A stretch of 64,000 nucleotides of DNA, from contig NC_134030.1 in NCBI RefSeq assembly GCF_964204645.1, positions 7,172,778 through 7,236,777 on the forward strand. Reading direction: 5' to 3'. Position numbers and translations under genes: made by a program. The notes below the pieces were generated by a model. It searched no databases, was not told the origin of the DNA, and saw only the letters and a program-made list of their open reading frames with translations. Source of the DNA: Tubulanus polymorphus (Eukaryota > Animalia > Nemertea). Of the stretch, positions 10,882 through 22,800 are shown piece after piece. The first letter of the stretch is position 1. Each line of letters begins with the position of its first letter.

Positions 10882-13800
10882 CTGAAAATAAGAATGAAAT
10901 AACGGATGAGAATCAACGTGACGTATTTGATAATTGAAGAAATTCTCAAGAGAACTGTTAGGACTCCAAAGGTTTAGCCAGCTGCACAATCTCATCAACT
11001 TATTTAGCAGATTGCAAGTGGGGTTAATTCTTATGGTGAATAACTGCCAACTCATTATATTGACCAAGATTTCCATTTGTCTTAATGAAATACTCAAAAA
11101 TAAGAAATACTCAAATATTCAAGTTTTAAGGTCGAGTCTTCTACAATACTTTTCATCTACTGATAATGCTTATTTTAAAGTTTGTGCAACTGGCAAAAAA
11201 ACGATTTTCTAACAGTTCATATGGTTATGATGTTACTGATGACAATTACAGAATATCTAAGACACGAACTTTACGAAATAAACTATATATCCACTGGCTT
11301 TCAACAGCATGATGACAGAAAAGGCTTTTTGAAAATAAAGACTGGCCTCGAGACAAAACATAACGTGTGCATTTCTGTGAGCTAGGGAGTTACGGAGTGT
11401 TGCAGCTATCACATTTATGTGCAATATTCATGCCCTCTCAAAAATAATGTTCGGGGAAAAGTCTGAACTGCGACGGAAGTTCTGGGAATGATTAAACACA
11501 TTTCTTGACATAACAGATTATAGGGTATTTAAAAATTGAAGGAATGACTCTGAAAGTGCCATTTACATACCTGTTCCTATTTGGCACTCTTTGAGAATTA
11601 TCCCTCCTATAAGTACCTATGGCTGTGTCGGGATAGTCCAGTTTAATATCAGGTGGGTACGGGTCTTTATGAATATTAAAGCCTCCATTTGTGGCACTTT
11701 TTATATTGATGTCCTGCAAAGATACATTCCAGGTTGTTTTTATCGTGTTTGGGACGTTTTTAGTTTTCGAAAGTGAAAAAGTGGAGGAATGTGGTATGTA
11801 CAATCATTTGATCATTACAACTCGCGTTAGTTTGAATATAATTAATTGCTTTGTGAGGACAAAAAGAGAACAAAAGAATCACAAACTCGTCAAAACAAAA
11901 GCACAAACGTACAGCAACAATAACGAACTGATACAAAAACTAGGCACCAACATTGGACGTTTTGAACATAAAACTTTTGACGACTTGATCGTGGGTTTCA
12001 CATGCTTTCTATCCAACTTGTATATATCTTTTTTTTCATTTCAGTATATCTAGCAAGATCTCTTTTGGCAAATAAAAGATGCACATCGATTCGCCTCTAA
12101 CTAACTCTATTTCACCGTTACAAAATAAGCGTCTCGGCAAAAACGCGCTTTAGTAAAAAACTAAGAAAAACAAACGAGGTTGGTTGGATGCATTACATAG
12201 TGATCTTAAACTGACTCTAACATACTCAACTTGAGATATCATTAACCTCATATATGTTACCTTGTTGTTCGTATGATTAAGATTGACTTCGTCGTATTCC
12301 TGTCTATATCCGTAGTAGCCGTGGTCGGTGTTTTTCTGCCACGGTTCCAGTGTCGTGCTGTAGCGATTATTTTCCGGATCGTACTCGACTTTGATGTCGC
12401 CGTTTCCCGTTTGTTGTTGCTGCTGTTGCTGTTGTTGTTTTTCGTGTTCTTTCTGCGCGGCTTTTTTCTTCTTCTCGAGCGTGTTGTTCGCCGAGTTCGA
12501 TTCTGAAACGATATCGCGTCATACAGGTATTTCGTTGCCATTTTTATCAAATGAAGATTTTGTTGTTAATAGATGGAAATTATGAACTTAGATTCTTTGA
12601 CGCAAGGAGCCAAATTCACAAAAGCTTTCTTTAACCTATTGCTGGTCACTAAATTGCTTTCTAATTGAAACACTGGTAACCATAAGCTTTTGTAAATTTG
12701 GCCTTAAAATTCCCAGTAGTGAGTTACATTTGAGCCGATTGTCAAAATTCGTTGATTTCTAAAATTGGATTCGATACAACCATATCTAACACACAACTGT
12801 GGAACCGAATCCTGGCAATTCTTCAAATTTTAACAGAAATATTTACGAGTTTAGATATTCTTAATTTCGTAATTGAAATTCGAATCTTTTATTTTTAAGA
12901 GTGAAAAGTCTTCCATCGAAAACACAACAACAAGGTTCTCTTTAAACATGCGAAAAATCGTCAAACAGGGTGAGCTATTAATAGCCATAGCATTTCAAAC
13001 ATATCTGTACGAAAAAACATCAGCACCTTTGAAAGCAAAGTGAATCTAGTGATTTTTCCAAAGCGAAAGGAGCTTGGATTAATTCAGGGGCGGATCTTTT
13101 TGCGTTTCATTCACAGCTTTAAGCGAGGAGTTCCCAATCTTTAATGTATTAAGATAAGATAAATTTCTCAGATTATAACGAGATGGAGAAAATTGCCCAT
13201 GCATTTTCCTGAGTGCTTGTACCATCCCTGTGTTTCAGATAGAATTCATAGTCATTCTTCAATCACCAATAGTGAAGGAAATTTTCCGCTGGAGTTTCCC
13301 TCTTAGATACGTGAAAGAGACAATTTCTTAGTTTATTTACATAAAATCTATGACCGTAGAGAACAGCACCGGACACCCGCAGAAGTTAACAGGAGAAATA
13401 GGTCTTTTTCTTGTCGAACTCACGTATGGCTGTTGGATGCAGCAAAACTGATTATACAGAAAACCCGTGATAAAGACATTAGATGTAAACTGACCGACAA
13501 TGCACAGAGGCAACATGAACAGCGGGTGGTGGTAGCAGCATCAACAACAATGAGAAAAATCGGTAAAAAACAAACAAATTTATAAATGTGTCAAAATTCA
13601 TTATCATTTAAAGAGATAATGATTTCAAAAAGTGCGTCGCATTACACAACCTCTGATATAGTTAACCCTAACAACCTCTAAATCGACGTGTTAAGTCTGT
13701 AACTCTTGCAGCAGCTTGCGGGCAAAATACGAATATGGAGAGCTTTTTACTATATATGTCCATGGGTGAAAGGTGACTTCGAAATCTGTGCGAAATATCA

Positions 13801-16800
13801 CACAAATGACACACACGGACTTAACTTTTAAAATTTTGTGTATACATTTGTATTTCATGATGACCTTAAAAGTTCATTTTTCACAATGGATTAGAGGTTT
13901 TTCACATTCATCTGCCATCTATATTCGCATTGTGTGTTCCCGCTTTAACGTATGCACATGGGTTGTCAGAATGTTCCGCGTAATACCGTTAAATGCGCGA
14001 GACAGATTTATCAGAAGTTGTCATACCGCAGCAACTGTGGCTAAGGTGGCGAAGGGAAGAAAACGGTAGGGTAGAGGAGGGCAGGGAATGAGGAATTAAC
14101 GGAAAAAACGTGAACAAACAAATAATGTATTCGATTAACGTTATACAAACGATTGATTGAATGTAATATTTACTGGTGGAATATCTACCGGAGGACTTGC
14201 GTTTTTGTTTACGAAGGCTCGAATAAGACCCACTCCGTGACAACGAGGACGTGGTCCATGCTGAGTGTGAGGAGACAACAATTAAAACAATACGATAAAA
14301 CATTTATACACATTATCTGTAACAGTATATATAAACATAGTGTACTATAGTCTACCAGAACAAGCACTAGTAACCGCCAAACCTTTAGACTTATAGATCC
14401 CCTACACCGAGGTAAACATAGACTAATATTCTATTCAGAAAAATTGGTTTCAAAAATTTCTAACAAAAATTGTCAATTTTTATAGTATCTCGCGATGGCT
14501 GCCTACAAGATACTTTGTATTTGGTCAAATAGAAGTCTAGACCGAATAGGGCAAAGTCTACGAGCAAGGTATTAATTCTTTGAAAGTATTTTTCAATGAT
14601 GTTTTGATATAGATCATTATCAATAAAAAGATTGAAATGAAATAGTGTGAATGGAAGTGATGATGAGAATTCATGACACCAACTGACACTGACCAAAGAA
14701 CACCGACACAATGCAGTAATGTGGAATTTTTGTAACTTTTTCCAATCCGTAAAAAACTAATATAAGATTTCATAAACTTCAGATATTAAGAAATATTGAT
14801 CTATTGTAAAAGGTACGACTTGTTGATAAGGGATCAACGAAGTCTCATGCACTGCTATGGTCAAAAGTTTCATAAAGGATTTGACGCATTAACCTGAAAT
14901 GATATCATGCGAGCGAGCTCCTAAAGCTCGGAAGAATGTATCGAATAAAAATAAAACTTAAGTGTATATCATCTACAAAATAGTTCCTAAAACCGAAGAC
15001 ACGCATCGTATAGATTAGTAATAACACGTCAATCTTTATATAGGATACAATCGTCGAACCTATAAATCTGCGATACTCGAGAAAGGATGAAATAAAACAA
15101 CCCCGTTTGAGTGATGAGTGACAGTGTCGAGTGAACAAAAAGTACATGCAAAGCCCTAACATATTTACACACTGTTTTGAATACTACACTCACCCTTTTG
15201 GTAAACTATAGGTTCTGAAAAATGTATACACGTTCTATTTTATAACGTCGCCGAGGTTTCAAATTAAGCAAAGAAACAATAAATAAATAATTTTCTTTTT
15301 CATTCAACATGACATTTCTATGCGGAATTTCTCATTTCCTGGTGTGTTTCTTAATCGTTTTAGACGATAGTTATGTAATTGTTCTTCGGTAGACTTCATG
15401 GAGTTTTCCAAGCAGCACTTGGACAAGTTAGTAAAGTTTCATTCACAAACTGAATCTACTAAAAAGTTGACACCACACGCACAAAAGAAAATAATCGCAC
15501 TAGAAAACTACCAAAATGCATTATTCCTTTGATTCTAGGAGAAGAACTATTACTGTTTGGTGTCGGGGTGGCTCGAAACATACATGCAAATTATACAGAA
15601 ATCTAAGAACTGTTCGTTTCTATGCGATAATGAGGGCAAGGGCTGAGAGGCCAGCAGTGGCCTCTTGAAATATCGTATACTGAATATAGGCGCATTCAAA
15701 TGAATTTAAAAACCCCGAGTTCAAATTCCCTGACGATTCTGACACACGAAACACAGACACCAATAGACATAGTCTGTTGACTGATGATATGTACCTTGTT
15801 GTTGTATTTTGGACCACGTGTACTCACCACCCCCGGAATCGGATCTATTGCGATTACAGAGAAATAGTATAACGGCCAGCAGTAGTATGACTCCGACTCC
15901 TCCGAATACCCCGATTAATACGTACGCCAATGGTATCGTATCTGAAAAATACAAAATAGTAATAGTGTGATTGATGTATGCAGTTTTCTATATACGTAGG
16001 CCCCTCTCCAGGGCTACAATTCCCCAATACTCAATGTCCACAGGTTTCCTATAAAAAAGTAAGTGATTCTCAATATATAATATAAATTTGTCATCTTTCA
16101 AGCTGTTAAAAATTCAACCTCTCTCGGGATTCATCATCTCAGTCCAGATCCACTGAAATGTGCCTGGAGAGGACTGAGTAAGGCAGTATCTTCAAAGTAA
16201 GTAAGTAAGTAAGCATTAAACGACCAGTAGAGTTGGTATGCCTCAAAATTGCCCTTTCAAAAATCTTTAGCGGTAATGAAAGCTGCATTTAAGTTACCGT
16301 TACCTTTTTGTAGCAGTTGAATCACTCTTGAATCTTGACCGTAGCCATTTTCAACAGTACAATTATACTCCCCGTAGTCACTGGGGGATAGATTTTGTAT
16401 TTTTAAGATGCTTCGACGACCGGTGAAAAAGTCTTCCTCTTTTACTGAATACCTATATAAAATATTGCATTTTCCGTTGTTAGTATCGTATAGACAATAA
16501 GCTGGTCAGAGTGCTTCGATAGAGGATTTAGAACGCGACGAAAAAATCTCTTACTTAACATCGGTATTTGGGTTAATTTGATTATCAAGCCTGCGCCAGA
16601 CGATATTTTGAGGTTCCGGCACGGATATCGTTTCGCATTTCACCGTAGCTATCTGACCGCTGGTCGCGTACTGTCGACTACTGCTGCTGATTTTCGGAGG
16701 TCCTGCAAATTAAGAAACGAATAACGTTTTTTTCGTGTCATTTACCTATCTACTTCACAGATGAAGAATTCAATAATCGACCCTTTGTGTAAATTGAATT

Positions 16801-19800
16801 GCATTCGTTTTGCATGCATTTCGAAAGAGTATACCGGTAAGCTACAGGAGGTGGCTCTATCTAGTCTAACGATACGGGAACTAATAGTTCTACGGCGCAA
16901 TTTTCAAATTTTAACTCTGGAACGAGTCAATTCCTATGTAGTCATAGTTAATTTTCAAATATCATTCTTAACTTGTAAAATTATATTCCAGACTATCAAA
17001 CTGGGCCACGATTGCTCGAGATCAGACTAGAACACAATATAATAAGCTACGAACGTACCTTTCTTTAGAATGTAAACATCTTTTTCGATTTCTCGGAAGC
17101 CTTGCACCGAAGCGACGCACGTGTACCGACCGAAATCCTTCTCGGTGACTTCGGGTACGGTCAACGTTTTACCGGTCAACACGACCTTACCGGGTTGACT
17201 CCGTTTTCGCCAGTAGACGACCGGCGCTGGGTTTCCGGAAGCGTCGCAATTCAAAACGGCCGCGTCGCCAACATCGACAGAGAGATGCTTCGGGATTACG
17301 GTAAACTTCGGGCCATCTGAAAAGAGAGATCCAAATTATGTTCCACAACACTGGTTAAAATGGTTTAAAGTCAAGTGATAGTCATGCGCAGTTTTTCCCC
17401 AGATATAATCTTTTCATAATTCAACGAAAAAGGCTTTCATAGAAATGTGTGCATTACCTCCAGTAATTTCTGGCAGACTCCCAAACAACAATCGATAAAG
17501 ATTTGTATTGTAGTTAGTTTCATCATTAATACGATTGGTATCACGATCAGAAAAGTTTAAAACACGGACCCCCTAATCCCTTCCCCCTCGGATCCGCCCC
17601 TGGGTTTTAGACGTATATTTCCTCCAAAGAAAAAATACCTCTATAAAAAGGAATCTTGCGTAAGGTTTAATAGCATATACGAGGACACAATTACGCTAAA
17701 ACTTGCCAAGAGATGGATATTTTTTAGATAAATATATAATGTGCATTTGTTTGTAATATTCCAGCCGATATATGAATCATAGTGACCAATCAATTAATAA
17801 TCTAATGGCTAGAACCCGAGCATAGATAATGAATAAACTTACATCGAATATCTAGCGTATAGCTCTGCTTCGTGCTGCCGATTTCATTCGTACATTCGCA
17901 CGTGATGATACTGTTATGGTAATCTCGTGAAATGTGAGTGAATTCTAAATAATTCGATTCTTCACCCGGAATCAATTGATCATTTTTATACCACCTGCAA
18001 AAAAGAGAAAAGCGATGTCGATATTACACAATTAATATCTCCTATTTTTCAATTGACATTTCATAGAGAATTCCTTCTCTATAACAACCATCTCTGGTAT
18101 TCATGTATCTTTTGATATCTTTACGTAAAAATGCATTTCTTTGTTCGCATGCACTTATTTCACAGTTCACTTGATGTGTCATCATTTAATTTCTTTCCAT
18201 CTGTATTCAACTTGATGTTCAACACATTTGTTGTATGGAATTGTATATACTATTCAGCCGCAATCATTATACGATCATCTATTGAATAAATTTTGAATTC
18301 GAATTATCAACGTCCGCTCGGGCGAAATTCGATTGTGCGTCCGAGGTTGGGCGAAATGAGCGAATAGAAGAAATCTAGATTTAGTATCAGTTCACAAGTA
18401 GCTGAAAACTAATAGACACATCACTTGCGCTGAAAATGTTAAGAACTGCAACAGAGATATATCTTTTCAGCAGCGGGGAAAACGTGCGCTGTAGATTCAT
18501 CCTCGGTAGTTTTTAATAACTTACGCAACAACAAAGTCAGATATATTTATCGCGGTTTAAATGGTGTTTATATACACTGCAACGCGTGAGCTCTCAACAA
18601 AAACTTACTTCCAAGCTAATTTGTTTGGGTTTCCTTTGCCGTCGCAAGTGAATGTGATTGTTTGGAATTCTTTCAGATTCTGAGACGGTTGAACGCTCAT
18701 TCTCAGCTCGGGTGCATCTGAAATCGAAAAGTCGATGATCTCTTGTTACTGCGGGTTTTTTCCGACCGCGATCGTATAGTCTGCAGTCGCGTCTAATTAT
18801 GAACTTACATCTGACTTCAAGCGTAACGTCTGTTTTATGAGGAGCGAACATTGCGCTGTTTTTCACTTGACATTCATACGTACGACCCTGGTCGGACTTC
18901 GTTGGCGTTATAGTCAGAACACTCGTCGCGTCCTCCCTGCAGCGATAAAGAAATAAGAAATACATTTTCAAGCGTAATCGATTTCATTCCTTTCCAGTTA
19001 TCAACCAGATTATGATGAGGATGAAATTGGTTAAAAATAACGTTAGACCTAAAACAAAAATGCTGAGATCTTGTTTTGTTTCAGAATCTGTTATCGCGTT
19101 GTAGTGTGAGGCCAAGCGAGATAGTGTCGTAGCTTGTTCAGTTTGATTTGATCGTCACCTGAGATGAAAAGGGCGCACGCTTTCCTATACGCGATCGATT
19201 TCTGAGAGCTCTATATACCGCAGACACTGTTTTCGTAGGTAAACAGTATAAAGATATCATCTCGGGGTTCAAGGGATTTCAACGATTAATCAACGCCGGT
19301 TGAAAACACGGCGAGCAGACGATTTCAGCGCGTATATGATTAGACGGATCAACGGAGCTCGTAATTGGTTGAATGTTCTCTAGCGACGCGCTACGTCACT
19401 CCCGGGACCGAAAACCAATTTACAACACACTGACAGAGATTAATGCCAATTGACGGTGACATCTCCCGAACGAAAGTCTCATTTATTTACCCATCATCTC
19501 TCCGAGATGGCTTCGTTAACAACAAAATATCTCTATTAGATCTTGTAGTGTCATTCTCAGACACTAGGGGACACTCGTCCGATACTTCGTTCACATATAC
19601 TGGTCGGGCGAGTGCACGCGATGTCGCCGTTTGTTTACGATACATATCTGTGGGTAAACTCGTTAATGAAAATCAATAACACCTTTACAATGACCCTACG
19701 TTCGACTGTGGCATTCGAGGATTCCGCTTGTGGCAAGCTAGGATCCACCAGGTTCGTTTGTGAGCATATAATTTCAATTCAATTCATTGAATTGTTTATC

Positions 19801-22800
19801 ATACTGATACACCCATTCCGGGTCGAGGATGTACAGAGTGAAATTTACAAACCTTATGGCAAGGATTTTCTCTCAGATTCAATTAAAATCTATCCACGGT
19901 TTCTCAGATTCTACGAATGACGAATTGAATCAAGCTTCAACATCATTTCGAGTTTACCAATAGACACGATTTGCCTAATGTGTCGTGTGGAAGGGGGGAG
20001 GGGCTATAGATGAGAGTTAACTGAAAATGAACTCAATTTTGTTGATAGCGCGCCATCTAGCGGGATAGCTGGTGGTATAATTAGTCCTCATTTAATTCGA
20101 TTTTGAAGGCTTTGGTAAACGGCCTGGTGACCGTCAACATTAGTCCAATCAACAATGAAATGGAGATATTAAAACTCAATTACTGCGTTTGACAGCTAAT
20201 ATGCACTTTCACTATATATCTACATGTCAAGAGTGAAAAACTGAATTGACGATGTAGGCGCGTGTCTATGGCCGGTACGTATATAACAGATTCAATGATG
20301 AACCACTTCAGAAATGAACAATGATTAAATTTTCATGTGTCAAGTTATTTGAAAACTGTTTTCGATTTTATGACGAAGAAGTCTGCATTGAATTTCAGCT
20401 CTAACCCTCCACCACAGTATCCATCCGTGTGTTGGTGTAGTGAGAGTCAAGTTTATACATGTATGGGGAAAAACGATAAAGATCATGCACACATGCAAAA
20501 GGCCTCCGTGACGAAAAATAACCAAGCACCACAACTGATACGTAGGTCACAAGGAAGCGGGATGATTCGAAAAAAGAGCTAAACAATCGGTTTATTAAGA
20601 AAATATCGATGAAAAAAATCAAGAATGAAATTCTACCTAACTACATGCCATAGAAAAAGGGGTTCATCGTTATCAGCCTTGGGATTAATACACTGACAGT
20701 GTGATTCTTAGAAAGCTGTCAGGTTTTCTGACTGGGAACAAAACTTTTTCAAACGTGGAAAAACAACGGCATTCGGAGAGTCCTCAACCCAGCCTACTCT
20801 TATCCTCCGGGTTAGATTTGAGTCACTATTGTGTCATGATGTATCAGCAATGGAATACCGGGCTGCTCAGGTAAATCTTGGAGGTATGATTTCGTGAATT
20901 AGTGAATGTTGCAATAACGTTGTGGTTGTTTAAGGGTTAAATCGCCAGATTCCGCAGCGACTTATTTTTTCGGTTTACAAAAGGTCTTTATACACAGCGT
21001 GAATTCATAAGGGATGTCGAGTAATCAACTGCGACCGTGTCACGAAACTCGCCGCGCAACAAACACAATTAACTGGCTCACTAAACGCCGCTCGACGATT
21101 TTACGCTATCAAAATCGAATGACCTTCGGGATTCACGCGCCCGCGCACCGCGCCAGCTATATCTTATTCTTATCGAATCCCCGCGAGAAGTTTCATCCAT
21201 CTCGCAGTGAATTATACCTACGTTCGCCACGTTCTCCGACTTTATTGTACGTGTATTAGTCACGAGACAATGATTTTGGCAATATATTCCAGCGGAATTA
21301 CGGGCAACGAAGTCGTCAATTCTTTGATGGATCGAAACGACCGCAACGATCCCGTATATCAGTTAATCTACGAGTTCACCGAGTAACCGTCATATTTGAA
21401 TAGTTTGCCTGAATAATTACCGACACCTTTTATATAGTCCAGGCTTCAGGGAATAGGCGATTTTAATTTGAAAAGTTTCCAGACAAGCTGAACAATTTGA
21501 GAAAAGTTGGTTCGAATGCTTGAAATACAGACGACAAACGATACGGCGAACCTGGTGGATCCTCGCTTGCCGCAGGAGCATCATCAAGCCTAGGTTTTAT
21601 TCGTAACCGAAGCAAACTCACCATACGTCTTCGCGATAGCGTCACATTATATCGCGGAATAAAACAGATCTTTGTTTCTGCTTTGCTGGTGACATTTAGA
21701 GATCGCGTGTGAAACTCTCGTAATGCGTCTGCGCGTCGGCTGTTCAGTTTTCGAGTTGGAACCATCGAAGAAAAAAACGACGGTACACTTCAGATTATCG
21801 ACTAATCAATGACATTTGATGAGGCGGATCAATTATAAATCAATTCATTTCATTTTGCGACACACCGAGAACTTGAACACCGGCGCTGTTTGGCTGAATC
21901 GATAGCGATAAACCGCGTATCAACGGAAGTAATCACCGACGCAGCAACGTCTACTGCCGCAGTCCGTGTTTGAAAAGTTATTACGCGAAGCCCTTTTATT
22001 TGTAAACCGCTTCAAATTGCGGATTGCCGACACACGCGCCGGCTATCGAGACAAAACGGGAATTTTTTTTTGTCACGCCTATCGCGCCAATTAACGACGG
22101 TTTGCTCAGTTAATAATTCAGAAAAAAATGAATCGATTTTTTATTTCTTAATATAATTCTTCAACCCGCATTGCGAGCACAACGATTTCTTAGTAGAGTT
22201 TAAAGTCCGAACTGCAAGTAACAGTGTGTAACCCATGTGGGTCTTAAGACACGGCAAAGGTCTTTTCATTGGTTGTTATCTTATGACTCACAACCTAAGT
22301 TAGCAGGGCCTAGTCCAAGCATGTGTCAGCCAACCCCAGAGGTGGTTTCGAACCGGGCCTCTTGGTTCCCAGTCATCCACTTAAACAACCGAGCTAATCG
22401 CACACAACTATATACGGTCTTATTAGATTGGGGGTTTTATAGTTCTTTCCCTCGGGGACGGGATCGGAGAAGATTCATCTTGCGAGAGACCCTGCCGCTG
22501 TTGTAGTTTACTTTTTTAGTCATTTTTGCACTTTCACAAATGACAAACTGTGCGACTGACTCAGACACTTTCGATTGTTATATAATTCAATAGTCCAGTG
22601 TAAACAGTCTGTCGCGCGCACGCATGTTTTCTGTCAAACAACAAAATAAAGAACGGTGACAGAAAAGGTGTGTCGGTTTTTGCAATCGTCCTGCTCAAAT
22701 GATATAAAATGCAAGGCTTGATGATACTGGAGCTGGCTCTCGAATACGCATGACAGGGCATCTTAATAGAATAATTAACGTTGTCAGGCCAGTGCCAGTC

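Noticed and set aside
12257-12585. Low-complexity ORFs with poly-Cys, poly-Leu or Arg/Asn runs
   Set aside because: Alternative frames or antisense of the polyQ-containing KIRREL exon.
15584-15619. 36-nt AG/GT-bounded segment in the cassette intron
   Set aside because: Contains an in-frame TAG in phase 1 and has no other support.
22340-22400. Possible tRNA gene on the minus strand
   Set aside because: A and B boxes are present but the acceptor and anticodon stems do not pair; called a SINE head instead.
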